Source of the DNA: Octopus sinensis
Taxonomy: Eukaryota
Direction of reading: 5' to 3'
DNA: 64,000 nt
Assembly: GCF_006345805.1 (NCBI RefSeq)
Contig: NC_043000.1
Coordinates: 114,452,001 to 114,516,000 of the forward strand
The stretch's first letter is position 1, and the number at the start of each line of letters is the position of its first letter. Position numbers and translations under genes: made by a program. Below are positions 25,012 to 38,830 of the stretch, one piece after another. The notes beneath the pieces are model-generated. The model was not told the origin of the DNA and did no database searches. It saw only the letters and a list, made by a program, of their open reading frames with translations.

Positions 25012-25523
25012 GAGTGAGCGAGCAGAGCATGCCATCAAAGTCACACTGGGGTAAAATATACGAAGCCCAGTATACCCATCATGACTACCCGTCTGATAAG
25101 GGTACACCAGGCACATGCATCACAACCATATGTGCGCGACATGGTGATCTCATATCAAGATAAACAGCACATGACCTTGCAGGTGGAGCCCAGTTAGAAT
25201 TTTCTTCAGATCGAGTAACCCATCCCGCTCAAAAGGTCCCTGAATAAGGGTTGTTTAAGGACGTTGAACGAAACACCCATGTTTCCAGAGGTGAATTATT
25301 CAAACCCCAAAGAATCCTTCTCAACACATGGCTATGATGCTCCCCCACTACTTCTGCTCGTGATCAGAGATGCACATATCGTCAGCCACTAAGGGACATG
25401 CTCAACTGGTTAAGGTCAAACAACTGACAAGCAAATCTGTGGTATTGAGCAGAATATTTGCTGTAGCCCATCTTTTATACCAAGACAAAACAATGTACAT
25501 GATAACACTTCCAATCAGTTAAG
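25012..25523 (-). mobile_element. Non-coding (AAT)n-targeted element X, copy 1
   Basis: Near-identical to 49572-50048; ends ...cactc(aat)n on its sense strand. Confidence 0.85.
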
Positions 25524-25585
<62 letters not shown>

Positions 25586-25604
25586 CATTATTATTATTAT
25601 TATT

Positions 25605-26094
25605 GAGTGCGAGATCAGTGCATGCCATCAAAGTGACACTGGGGTACAAATATACGAAGCCCAGTATACCCATCATGACTACCCGTCTGATAAGGGTACA
25701 CCAGGCACATGCATCATAACCATATGTGCGCGACATGGTGATCTCATATCAAGATAAACAGAACATGACCTTGCAAGTGGGACCCAGTGAGAATTTTCTT
25801 CTGGTCGAGTAACCCATCCCGCTGAGAAGGTCCCTGAATAAGGGTTGTTTAAGGATGTTGAACGAACCTCCCATGTTTCGAAAGGTGAACTATCCAAACC
25901 TCTAAGAATTCCTTTCAACACACGGCTATGATGCTCCCCCACTACTTCTGTTTGTGATCAGAGATGCACATATCGTCAGCCACTAAGGGACATGTTCAAC
26001 TGGTTAAGGTCAAATAACTGACAAGCAAATCTGTGGTATTGAACAGAACATTTGCTGTAGCCTATCTTTTATACCAAGACAAAACAATGTACAT
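25605..26094 (-). mobile_element. Element X, copy 2
   Basis: Diverged copy directly in tandem with copy 1, separated by (ATT)n. Confidence 0.85.
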
Positions 26095-26369
26095 AATAAT
26101 TGTTATTATTGTTATTATTATTTTTGTTGTTTATGTTGTTGTTATACAGAAAACGTAACTGCTAACACACAATGACAATACAACCAATAGAACAATAAAA
26201 GAATAAGAATTCAAATAGCTGGAGAAAAAAACGAAGTCACAAAACAAAACAGAAGGAAGAAAGAAACACGCCCACGCAAACACACATTCATATATTAAAC
26301 GAGGCACCAAGATAATTGTGCTTAAATAAATGTGTATGAAATCCCCATATAATTTATATTTCCTCATCT

Positions 26370-26558
26370 TATTTCTTTATTGCCCACAAGGGGCTGAATA
26401 TAGAGGGGACAAACAATGACAGACAAACGGATTAAATCGGTTATATCGACCCAGTGCGTAACTCGATCTCGGCGGAATTTGAACTTAGAACGTAACGGCA
26501 GACGAAATATCGCTAAGCATTTCGCCCGGCGTGCTAACGTTTCTGCCAGCTCGCCGCT
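26370..26558 (-). mobile_element. SINE family A with core deletion
   Basis: Head, B-box and long tail present. Confidence 0.85.
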
Positions 26559-26777
26559 TTTCTTCATCTGTCATACGCCATTCTTAGATGAATTTGATGT
26601 TTTTCAAGTCGTATGACTTCAAATGACGTCACAACAAATAGTTTAAATAACGTCTTTTGTCCTGTAGTGTCCTATCTTTGTATCGAATTTTATCATCATA
26701 ATAAAAATTTTACACTTAATATTCAAAGGTATCTAATTGTGAAATGGTCATGGATTTTCCTTTCTCAATTACCATAA

Positions 26778-27145
26778 TCTCTCTCTATATAGAGCTGAAG
26801 TTGTCTGTGTATGGCAGGTTTGGTAGCCTTCAACTAACACTATCTCCCCCGAGACCACGCGGCGCAAGTTGACCAAAATTGAGAGTATGATAGAAGAAGG
26901 TCAAATCGGACTATGTTAACACCAAAAATTATTTACATCAAAGAAGTACTTTTTTTTCTATGAAAATCCCTATTTTTTACGATTATTTTTACTACTGTGT
27001 CGTCATTTTTCGGTGTATTTCAACCAGAAAAATGTTCACTTAAAGAGAATAACAAGCTACATAATGCAAAAGTTTTACTTTTCAAAAATTCCAATTCTAA
27101 AGGGTTGAAAAGAAAAACCCGAGCAACGCCAGGCGATACTGCTAG
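26778..27145 (+). mobile_element. Non-autonomous Helitron-like element
   Basis: Begins A|TCtctctctatata, ends ccgagcaacgccagg (degenerate hairpin)...CTAG|T; no TSD. Confidence 0.6.
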
Positions 27146-27690
27146 TAGATGAAAGAGATAAAGATGAGAGAGAGAGAGAAGGGGAAGAGAGAGAGGGAGA
27201 GGGGGGAGAGGAACAGTGTTTTGCTTATATAGCTGCTGTCTTATGACGTATACAAATGCCGACCAAACCAACCAATTAAAATGATTTTAACAAGCTTTAC
27301 GTAGTTATGGCGTATCAGCCATACAAAGTAGATGTGATATTTTTTTGCACAGGCAACACTATTTATTAACTGAATTGATGTTTCGCGACTTGCTGAAAAT
27401 AGCAATCCAATCACATCCAAACGCTGCATTTCCAAACTTTTACCGACACAATTGTTTTCTTAATTGCTGCAATGATGATTAATAAATTTGTCAGTAGAGA
27501 AACTTCCGGTTTCGTAAGCCACCCCCCACTCTCTTGCTTTCTCTCTCTCTCTCTCTCTCTCTCCCCCTCTCCCTTCTATGTATATATGTAAACAGACTCA
27601 TATATATTTCTTATCGCGATCGTCAACATTAAGCTACAGTTTTTCTCTTTTAACATTTGAATAAATTACTTTCTTCCCAATAAAAAAATG

Positions 27691-27747
<57 letters not shown>

Positions 27748-27955
27748 ATCATTTTTACGTCGTTCTCTCACCCAAAACACAGGTAACGTAGACAATTCAC
27801 AAGCCCCGTCCACTTTAGTTTCCTCCATTCAGTCATTTCAGAAAATATTTGAACATATTCTTACAGCCATTCTTCAAAAAAACAAAAAACAATTCATTTT
27901 ATAAGAAAATTGCTATTTTTAAATCTCACACCGAGAGATATTCAGCAACAGTACT

Positions 27956-28250
27956 TTGTAGTAAAGATTGTTTGTCAACATAACATGGCAGTCCTGGTTT
28001 AGGACGAATGTTGCTGTAATTTAGCCCCAGGAGACATCGTCTCCAGCTGCCTATACGGCACGATCTGTGTCCTTATGTTTTCGAACAAGGGAATCTAGCA
28101 CCCCCACTCAGCTCAAAACAATATCTGTGTATCGCGATTTCCGGGGGTCGTATAGCCAGCTGGAGACGATGTTTCCTGGGACTAAATTACAGTAACATTC
28201 GTCCTAAACCAGGACTGCCATTTTATGTTGGCAAACAATCTTTACTACAA
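27956..28250. mobile_element. Fold-back MITE with ~105-bp terminal inverted repeats
   Basis: ttgtagtaaagattgtttgtcaacataa...ttatgttggcaaacaatctttactacaa; arms extend inward to ccagctg.ctatacg. Confidence 0.8.
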
Positions 28251-28305
28251 TTCATTTTATGCGTGAGTTGGGAGTATTGCTATCTGAGAGATATCTTATG
28301 GTAGT

Positions 28306-28687
28306 GGAAGCACTCCGTCGCTTACGACGATAAGGGTTCCGGTTGATCCGAATCAACGGAACAGCCTGCTCGTGAAATTAACGTGTAAGTGGCTGAGCAC
28401 TCCACAGACACGTGTACCCTTAACGTAGTTCTCGGGAATATTCAGCGTGACACAGAGAGTGACAAGGCCGGCCCTTTGAAATACAGGTACAACAGAAACA
28501 GGAAGAAAGAGTGAGAGAAAGTTGTGGTGAAAGAGTACAGCAGGGATCACCACCATCCCCTGCCAGAGACTCGTGGAGCTTTAGGTGTTTTCGCTCAATA
28601 AACACTCACAACGCCCGGTCTGGGAATCGAAACCGCGATCCTATGACCGCGAGTCCGCTGCCCTAACCACTGGGCCATTGCGCCTCC
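28306..28687 (-). mobile_element. SINE family D, full length
   Basis: Head ggaggcgcaatggcccagtggttagg...gtttcgattcc; 3' part shared with 14570-14730 and 21650-21812. Confidence 0.9.
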
Positions 28688-28776
28688 CTTATGGTAGTAG
28701 AATAGTATTTAACTGCTATTTCTAAATTTCGGTATGTGGTGAAGCAATTTTGCTGAAAACTAATTATAATTATGCT

Positions 28777-28841
<65 letters not shown>

Positions 28842-28927
28842 AAATTTATAGAAAAGCAAAAGACGAAGACAGGTGTAAGATCAACAAGCAGGTGTAATAG
28901 TTTGACGCTCGGGAAAAATGAAAAAGT

Positions 28928-28963
28928 CTTTCACGTTTCGAGCCTGCGTTCTTCGACAGAATG
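28928..28963 (-). ncRNA. Degenerate second copy of the CUGUYGA+A hammerhead candidate
   Basis: catt-CTGTCGA-a-gaac gcag gctc-GAAA-cg-TG-aaag; G at position 17 predicts inactivity. Confidence 0.4.
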
Positions 28964-29169
28964 GAATAAGAGAAAATAAACAGAGAGAGAATGAAAAAAA
29001 AACTTGTAGATTTCAGCGGTCCAGCATGGCGAATGATTGGGAAAATGTATGAAAGAAAGGGTTTTATGTGTGTGTGCGTGCGTGTGTGTGTGTGTGTGTG
29101 TGTTTGTGTGTTTGTGTATCTATATCATAAAATTTATCATACTTGTTTCATAATTTCATATTTATTTCT

Positions 29170-29381
29170 TTATTCCCACATAGAGGCGGAGAAACAAGGA
29201 CAGACAAAAGGATTAAGTCGATTACATCGACTCCAGCCTGTAACTGGTACTTATTTAATCGATCCCGAAAGGATAAGAGGCAAATCGACCTCGGTGGAAT
29301 TTGAGCTCAGAACGTAACGGCGGACGAAATACTGCTAAGCATTTCGCCCGGCGTGCTAACGATTCTGCCATCTTGCCGCCC
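29170..29381 (-). mobile_element. SINE family A
   Basis: Head, core and long tail. Confidence 0.85.
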
Positions 29382-29867
29382 TATAAAGTGGAACATAGAA
29401 AAAAATAAACATATTAACATAAGTTGTGTAATTAGATTGGTTCTATAAAGCCATTCACAATCTGACTGAATAACCAGAGTTTCGGTTAATTTTATTTTTT
29501 CCCATATATTTTGGACTATTTGTAGTTCCACCATTAGTCTGCATGAAGGTGCAATACAGACTAGGCCATAGTTTTGGCATCATTAACATCCCGCTGTTCG
29601 AACCACACATGCGTCTGGGTCGTTACTTTAATATCTGTCTGTATTTATTTTAATAATTTTTAATATAAACATTCTATTTTAGGGTGATCTGTTGATTCAA
29701 GCAGGTTACACGTGCGCGCGCACACACTCACGATAGATACACACAAGCATACACACATGTAGTTAGAGAGAGAGAGATAATTCAAGAGATCTAAAAATAA
29801 ACATACCTGTATTTATATAAGTAGATATATATACATATATACATATACATTAAATCTATATATTATA

Positions 29868-29899
<32 letters not shown>

Positions 29900-29940
29900 C
29901 TACATACATATACTCGTGTATATAACCATACACACATGCA

Positions 29941-30059
<119 letters not shown>

Positions 30060-30061
30060 AA

Positions 30062-31340
30062 TACAGCTGCTGGATGACTCAAATTTGGATGTGATATATC
30101 TCGACTTTGCAAAAGCCTTTGACAAAAGTCGACCATGGTGTAGGTCACAAACTGCGTGGTCTCAGCATGGGCAGAAAATTTGGAGAGTGGCTGCACGTCA
30201 GACAGTGGTGGCCAATGGACCCACCTCCAAGGAAACACAAATAGCAAGTGGTGTTCCACAGGGCACGGTCTTATGGCCACTACTATTCATTGTGGCCTTC
30301 TCAGACATGACCCCAGCTGTTTAGATAGCCACCCTTGCTAGCTATGCAGATGACACAAAAGTCTTTCATACAATACAAAATCCTGGAGATATTGCACATC
30401 TGCAACGGAAGTTGGATGCAATATACAGGTGGGCTGAAGACAACAGCATGCAGTTTAATGGAGGAAAATTCCAGACCCTACGCTACCAGAACACAAAGCT
30501 AAACGACATGCAGTTAGGATACACTTGTTCAGGAGGAATTGAAACCCCTGAATCAAAATCAGTGCGTGACTTGAGCATTGACATGAGCAATGATGAATCT
30601 TTTCAAGTGCACATTACCAATTTGATAATAAAATGCAGATGGCTGGATGGATGGATCCTCCGAACTTTCAAAACAAGAGAAAAGGAGAAAGTGATGATCT
30701 TTTAGAGGACATACATTCTCAGCCGCTTAGACTACTGCTCCCAACTATGGTCACCACACAATAAAAAATCCACGGCGGAACCCGAAGCAATCCAACGAAG
30801 CAACACTAAGAAAATCATCTCAATGCAATGTATTAGCTACTGGGAAAGACTGAAAGAATTAAAAATTTCTCCCTAGATCTAAGGCGGGAAAGATATGCAG
30901 TGATATACACCAGGAAAATCCTAGAAGTCCTTATACCAAACTTTGGCATCGAAAGTTACTCAAACTGCAAAACAGGACGCCACTGCATAGTGCCAAAGAT
31001 CCCAGCATCGCCATCAAAATACAGGACCAGATACTGCAACAGCTTGGGTTTCAAAGGCCCACAGTTCTTCAATATCCTTCCCAAATGCCTGAGAGACCTG
31101 CATGGTGTGCATGTAAGTGTCTTTAAAACAAAGCTGGATCTCTTCCTGTCAGGGGTCCAGACGAGCCTACCTCATGGCAGGAAACACAGATAAGGGCAGA
31201 GGCATCAAACTCCCACGTTGACCAAATGTCACATTTCAGAGGGGGTTTTAAATATTAGTGAGGCGCAGTCAACGGTGGTGCCCCAGCATGACCGCAGCTT
31301 TGCAGCTGAAGCATTTTTAAAGATTTAAAGATCTAAAGAT
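30062..31340 (+). mobile_element. CR1/L2-group LINE, 5'-truncated and decayed
   Basis: RT motifs [33 protein letters not shown]; C-terminal FKTKLDLFL; frameshifts and stops; (taaagat)n tail. Confidence 0.85.
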
Positions 31341-31341
31341 A

Positions 31342-31392
<51 letters not shown>

Positions 31393-31627
31393 CACACCTA
31401 CATATATACATATCATATACATACACATGCACATACACACACATATATATATTTATATATTTACATGTACATATATATATATATATATACATATAAATAC
31501 ATACACACATATATACATATCATATACATACACATGCACACACACACACACATATATATTTATATATTTACATGTACATATAGATATATATATACATACA
31601 TAAAAATACATACACACACACACCCAC

Positions 31628-31680
<53 letters not shown>

Positions 31681-31821
31681 TGTATATATTATGTATGTAT
31701 GTATGTATGTATGTATATATCACCTTTGATGGATGATCGCGATTGCATAATTTGATTATACCAACGTTCTTTAGCTGTAACGATGTACGGCGACAATAAT
31801 AGTGTTATTTAATAAAGTCAT

Positions 31822-31962
<141 letters not shown>

Positions 31963-32479
31963 GTCTATCTGTCTATAAGTGTATACACACAGCTACGACG
32001 AACAAGACATTGACGACGTACAGCGGGAGACACAAAGAATAAACAACTAGGGAAACAGAAATAGGGAAACACACACACACACACACAAATAGATACATAC
32101 ACGTACATTTAGACCCACAGGCAAACATGTATACATACATAGACACATACATGCATAAGTACGTATATGCATACATGTATGCATACAAAAACATACATGT
32201 ATATATGCATACATACACACATACATGCATACACACATCCATACATATATGCATAGGCATATGTATATGCAAACATGCACACATGGATCTCCACACACAC
32301 ACACACACACCCACCCATATATATATATATACATACATAAAAATACATACACACATACATGCATACACACATCCATACATATATGCATAGGCATATGTAT
32401 ATGCAAACATGCACACATGGATCTCCACACACACACACATACATACATACATACATACATACATACATACATACATACA

Positions 32480-32511
<32 letters not shown>

Positions 32512-33001
32512 CATAATACACACTAACTCATGAATGTTTAGTTAACTGAATATATTCATTAAGATATTTCATGTTTTTATTTTAAGATATATTGTTGAAT
32601 TTTGTTCGTTTTTTTATTGTAAAATTACGCGTTTTTATATTTTCCTATAAGATAATATACGTACATTTATTTAATTATTTTATTGTTTTTATCTTAGACC
32701 TGATGAGTGACAATATTTAGATTGAATTGATTTTACTGTCATCAACTTGTAAATATAGCCATAAAACACGTATAATCTATTTACTAATTATATTTACTTA
32801 TTATTTCGTACTTTATTTAGTTCTAGGTAAATGTTTTATCGTATGTTTAATTTTTTTATATATGGTATGATTTAAGTATATCATTTTTGAATTGCTACAT
32901 GATGGTTTTTCTCAAATTTATATACATGTATTATATATTGTGAAATTTGATTTAGTATTACTAAATTGAATATTTTCCTGTAAGTTTGGAGTCATATTCC
33001 C

Positions 33002-33071
<70 letters not shown>

Positions 33072-33072
<1 letters not shown>

Positions 33073-34686
33073 TATGTTTGACTTTTGCTTTATATTTGTA
33101 CAAGTTGGCTCCAAGTCTCACCCAGAGACCTCAAGAGACAACAGGGTTGGAAGTTCATGTTGTTGTTATGCCTAGTGTGCCATATATTTGGGGGGTGGGG
33201 ATGTTGTACTAATGAATGTCTAAAAAAAAAAAAAGTTTATTTTTTATTTTTTTTTTTAAACCGAAAATTATGGTTGTTTTAAACCTTGAGGTTACATAGA
33301 GAGTATTTTGCGTAGGATATGAGCAGTTCCCATGAGCACTATCTTTTGAACTTCTGCCATTTTTGGGTTTCCTGGTATCTGAGTTAGGTAGCTATCAGCC
33401 CCTTTTGCTATCATTCCCAGGGCACCTATGACAACAGGTATTGTTTTAGTCTTCAGCTTCCACATTTTGCTGATTTCTATTTCAAGATCTTTATATTTGC
33501 TCAGTTTTTGGTAGGTCCTGACAGATACGTTTATATCGATTGGGACAGTCATATCAATGAGGAGGCATGTTCTTTGTTTGAAGTCTTTCAATATGATGTC
33601 TGGCCTATTTGCATCTATCTTCCTGTCAGTTTGAATGGTGAAGTTCCAGAGGAGTGAGATGTGGTCATTTTCAAGCACTGGGGGTGGTTTGTGTTCCCAC
33701 CAGTTTTTCTCATGGGGCAACTCCAGGTTTTTACAGATTACCCAGTGAATATATTGTGCAGCTCTATCGTGCCTGTTGAGATACTCTGTAGGCGCTAGAA
33801 GACTGCACTTGGAGACCACATGGTCAATGGTTTCATTTTGTTGCTTGCATACACGACACGTTGGACTGCTTCTGATCTTTAATATGTTGGCCTGGTAGTT
33901 TCTTGTTGGTAGGCATTGATCTTGAGCTGCTATGATAAACCCCTCTGTTTCAGATTTTAAGCCAGAGGCCATTAGCCATTGATGGGTCAGGGCTTTGTCG
34001 ATATCTGCATTATTCGCTCTCTTTGGGTATTTGCCGTAGAGAGGTTTTTCTTGCCATTTATTATTCAGAATATCTAAGGCCGCAGTTTTGGCACGGGTTT
34101 TCATGCGCCTAGCTTTTTCTGTGCTTGTTTCTTGTATGTCTATCTCTAATTCCGAAATTGGTTGTATTCGGAATTCACTTAGATATTCCTTTGCCTGTTT
34201 TGTGACTGAGTATGATGCTTTCTTGTTTTCATGTTTTGAGACAAGTTTTAACATCCAGTCCTCAGAGTTTTTCAGGTAGGTGTCTAGGCCAATTGTAGCA
34301 ATCTTCATTGTTATTGCCAGTTGCAAAAGACCACGGCCTCCCTCTTTTCTTGGCAGATAGAGTCGTTCTGTATCTGCCTTAGGGTGGTGCATTCTATGCA
34401 TTGTCAACAGTTTCCTTATTTTTCTGTCGAGCTGACATATTTCAGTAATTGACCAGTTAACAATATTGAAACTGTAAGTCACGACTGGTATAGCTAATGC
34501 ATTGATTGCTTCGATCCTGTTTCTTGCATTTAGCTCTGTCTTGAGTATTGCTCTCACTCTTCGATAGCATTCTCTCCTGATCCTTTCCTTCATCTCTGAA
34601 TGCCTTATTCCGTTCCCTTCAATTACCCCTAGGTACTTGTAGCTCTCCGCTGGGTCTAGTTCTTTTATGACATTCTGTTGGTCAAG

Positions 34687-34689
<3 letters not shown>
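33072..34689 (-). mobile_element. R4/Dong-type LINE (family R-A), 5'-truncated, in an (AAT)n array
   Basis: 433-aa open frame with CCHC knuckle (CRVC..HVVSKC) and RLE (RPDIILKD, LIDMTVP, KLSKYKDL); highly similar to 50633-53062. Confidence 0.95.
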
Positions 34690-34752
<63 letters not shown>

Positions 34753-34777
34753 TTAATTTTTATTATATATATATATA

Positions 34778-35015
34778 TTGTTGTATTTGGGGGGTCGTCA
34801 TGTTGCCAGGTTAAACAATGAAAACACACACTATATATTTGGTGTCCACTTGCTTCAGCTTTATTTTATATTAATTGTATTTGGCCGAAATACAATTAAT
34901 ATTAAATATATAATATAATATAAAATAAAGCGGAAGCAAGTGAGCACCAAATATATAGTGCGTGTGTTTTCATTGACTAAACTGGCAACATGACCATCCT
35001 CAAATACAACAATAT
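34778..35015. repeat. Inverted repeat of the 5' region of a Penelope-like element
   Basis: Centre aattgtattt-ggccg-aaatacaatt; right arm leads into MTILKYNNICFITRIHIKNL, which matches MTVPKYNNACFNTRFHIKNL at 47843-48094. Confidence 0.75.
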
Positions 35016-35665
35016 CTGTTTCATCACACGAATTCACATAAAAAATCTTGCAAAACGAATATATATATATATATATATATACACATACATACATGCATAC
35101 ATACATATATACATATATATATATACATATATACACGAATTTTTCCACCGTCTAGGCTTAAAAAAAGCCCTTATTGTTGGTTTCCTCGTCCTGTTATTCT
35201 TTATTTGTACTGTTTTTTCTTCATTTGTATTGCTTTTACGTCATGTTTTGTCACTTGTTTTACCCCTCTGCAAAAGAATTTTATTTAATTCCTTTTGCAG
35301 GAAGGATTGCTTCGGCCGGGTCGTGTTCTGCCCTTACCTTCGAAACACGCATTGAGTCGAACCAGGGGCAGCTGATGAAGGTGAATTTTCCTTGTATTGT
35401 TTGTCCTGTACTCTGTTTTTTCGCTGTAAAAAAAGTCCGTTACCTAGTTTGATTTTATGTTTTCGTTTCTCGTTGTGTTCTACGTTTATTTGTGGTGTCC
35501 TGTACTCATATATGCATGTATATATACATATAGGTGTAAGTATGTACATATATGTATGTATATATGCATATGTTTTATTTATTATATTGTTATTATATGA
35601 CCGAACGCACGCGTTGTTTTCTCTTCTCCAAGTAAGTTTTTATTTATATATATATATACATATAT

Positions 35666-35930
35666 ACATATGAGAAATTAAAAAAGGAAAATACGCACAC
35701 TTATATTATTATAGTATAATTTTTAATGTATCGACCGGTTTCGCAATCGCTATTCATGATATAATGTTTAATTTATATGAAAATATATTTTTTCTTAAGA
35801 AGTAATATGGTCCATGTTGTTTGTAATGAAATTCACGAGTGAATTTCATTACAAACAACCGGTCGATACATTAAGAATTATACTATAACAATGTAAGTGT
35901 GCGTATTTTCCTTTTTTAATTTCTTATATA
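35666..35930. repeat. Inverted repeat (~70-bp arms) with a nested 20-bp-arm palindrome
   Basis: Outer arms ~35666-35739 and ~35857-35930; inner ttgtttgtaatgaaattcac-ga-gtgaatttcattacaaacaa at 35817-35858. Confidence 0.85.
35729..35761 (-). ncRNA. Candidate minimal type I hammerhead ribozyme with an A3-U8 core
   Basis: tatc-ATGAATA-gc gatt gc-GAAA-ccgg-TC-gata; GUC triplet, palindromic accggt stem III. Confidence 0.65.
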
Positions 35931-36032
35931 CATTACAATCCACCACGTTGGGACAACCGAAGTTCCTCTTTTCTGTTACTACTACTATATATACATATAT
36001 ATATATATATATACATAAATACATACATATAT

Positions 36033-36165
<133 letters not shown>

Positions 36166-36291
36166 CCCTTGCCATATCCCGGTTTATTATTTAAGCATAT
36201 ATTTTTTTCATGTGATCTGGAGGCGTGAAACCCCCGTCAGTAAAGAGTACCCCAGCCGACGTATATAAGTATATATTTCAACATTGTACAC

Positions 36292-36552
36292 CAGTAGTTC
36301 CCAAAATGGGCGGAATTGCCCTCCTGGGAGCTGTGGAAAGTTCCAAGGGGGCGATAATGGGGGTAACGATCCATATAACAACAATAAAATAATGGGTTCA
36401 TTAGGGTTAATTTGTATTTGTGAAATAAAGTTGCTTTGGATTTGATTCAGAAAGAGGTTTTATGTTTGTGATGGTTAGTTGAGGTGGGGGTGCTAGAAAT
36501 GTAGCCTGGGTGTTAAGGGGGGTGGTAGTGCGAAACAGCTTGGGAACCACGG
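36292..36552. mobile_element. hAT-like MITE with 8-bp TSD
   Basis: TIRs cagtagttcccaa / ttgggaaccacgg; TSD ttgtacac / gtgtacac (7 of 8 match). Confidence 0.8.
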
Positions 36553-36779
36553 GTGTACACAATCGTCTGCAATCGTATGACCTAGCGTTACCAATCGCTG
36601 AGACATTGATATAAACAGACAAGCAGGATCCTTTACATCAGTAATTCTCAACCATTTTTTGCCTAAGGACCCCTGTGGTTCCAATTTTACTCAGGAAGTG
36701 GGAGATTGGTGGTGGGGGTGGTTCTCATAGCCCTTCGATGTTTAAACATTTCCTGTTATATTTTTGTGATTAAATATTC

Positions 36780-37160
36780 TTTTAGTTGTTTCAGTCATTT
36801 GACTGCGGCCATGCTGGAGCACCGCCTTTTAGTCGAGCAAATCGACTCCGGGACTTATTCTTTGTATGCCTAGTACTTATTTTATCGGTCTCTTTTGCCG
36901 AACCTCTAGATCACGGGCAGGTAAACACACCAGCATCGGTCGTCAAGTGATGTTGGGGGAACAAAATACAGACACACAAACACCCCCACACACCCACACA
37001 TACGATGGGTTTCTTTCAGTTTCTTCTGCCAAATCCACTCACAGAGCTTTGGTTGGCCCGAGGCTATAGCAGAAGACGCTTGCCCAAGGTTCCACGCAGT
37101 GGGACTGAACCCTGAGCCATGTGGTCGGTAAGCAAGCTACTTACCACGCAACCACTCTTG
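36780..37160 (-). mobile_element. SINE family C
   Basis: Matches 4138-4555. Confidence 0.9.
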
Positions 37161-37189
37161 CGCCTATGCTGCTGCTACTGCTGCTGCTT

Positions 37190-37278
<89 letters not shown>

Positions 37279-37676
37279 GTTCTCTCTTCTTAGGAATTGT
37301 ACAAAACATGTTTAAATATTTTGTATATTGTTGAAATATAACCAATTTATTGCAGATAAATTCTAACAACAAAATCTTATCTGGACCTCTAAGGGCCATT
37401 CGGACCCCGGTAAGAACCCCTGGATAACACCTCCGATCCAGAACTTAAGGACCCAAGATGCCAGCTTTGTTACAGTGACATTTCTGAATACACAATTCAT
37501 CAACGTAGAAATGAAATATAGGACAATGAGACAATAAGTACTGGTTATTTTTTTTATAAAGCCTGGTATTTATTCTATCGGATATTTTCGCCGAACCGCT
37601 AAGTTATGAGCAGGTAAATACATCAACACCGCTTGTTAAGTGGTGGTAAGGAAAAACTGAGACAGAAAGACATATT

Positions 37677-37708
<32 letters not shown>

Positions 37709-37909
37709 ACACACACACACACACACACACGCTCGCACGGACAAACACAAACACACAAACATACACACGCTCGCACGGACAAACACAAACACACAAACAT
37801 ACACACGCACATACACACACACACACGCATGCACACGCACGCACAAACACATACACATGAACGGGCGCACGCACACACCAACACACGCACGCACACACAA
37901 ACACACACA

Positions 37910-37949
<40 letters not shown>

Positions 37950-38464
37950 GATATACAGTAACGTACGTAATATTGTGGCACCTACTTACAGCCTAGTGAA
38001 CTGAGCCGTTGAAAGTTAAATATCTTTGACAGTTAACATAACGCAAGACATAAAGCGGTGAACACCGCCCGCCATCAACTAAATATCAATTAATATTCAG
38101 AATTAATTAATAAATTAATTGACTAACACCCAACATTCCTTTCGATAAGATTGAATTGAAGAAATATTTCGGGTATTTTTAAAGAAGAAATTCCCCCCCC
38201 CCCATCACCGCCGTCCCTACCACCACCACCACCACTACCAGCAACAACAACATTAGCACCACCACTAACACTACTACCACCACCGACTCCGCTGCCGCCA
38301 TCACCGCCACCACCTCACATGATGATTTTAAATTTCTCGTTTTGTATTTTCAATATATTTCTGCTGTTACAATAAAAATGGTCTTCTTTTCCTTTGTAAA
38401 AGTACTCTTGGAAATTCAATAAGTGTTTTCCATTTAAAAGCTAATAATTTCCAATACAGACACT

Positions 38465-38830
38465 AGCAGCACCGGATTAACCATTTAGTTAGCCATTTAG
38501 AAATATAAACCATTTAGTGAAATAAGCACCTGCTTAGCGCATCCAGGGAAGCGGGGAGGACCACGGAGATGGTAAATGGTTTACGGTGTAAAAGAAACAT
38601 TTTAAAACTGCTAAAATAATATTCAAAGTGGTTTATATGATGGGAAATATAATTTCGAAGTATTCATGGTATCAGAGTGAGGATCTGATCAAAGGCTTTG
38701 CAGTTATATAAAAAAAGAGAACACTTTTCAAATATACATAAAGTTGAAAGATAGAAAAATATACGTTCCATCTTTCTGTTTAGTTTTGTTTCAATTTGAA
38801 AATTAAAATTTATTTCATGATTTATTGTTG
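38465..38830. mobile_element. Second copy of the 9803-10780 DNA element (partial)
   Basis: Shared ...gtattcatgg.....agtgaggatct.atcaaaggctt... and gaaaattaaaattta segments. Confidence 0.6.

Noticed and set aside
24652-25116. 154-aa ORF treated as one gene
   Set aside because: It is a chance fusion of the X element 3' end, an (AAT)n tract and the R-B LINE C-terminus.
32694-32760. CTGATGA-gtgaca...tgtca as a hammerhead
   Set aside because: The GAAA strand and stem I are absent; at best a heavily decayed relic.
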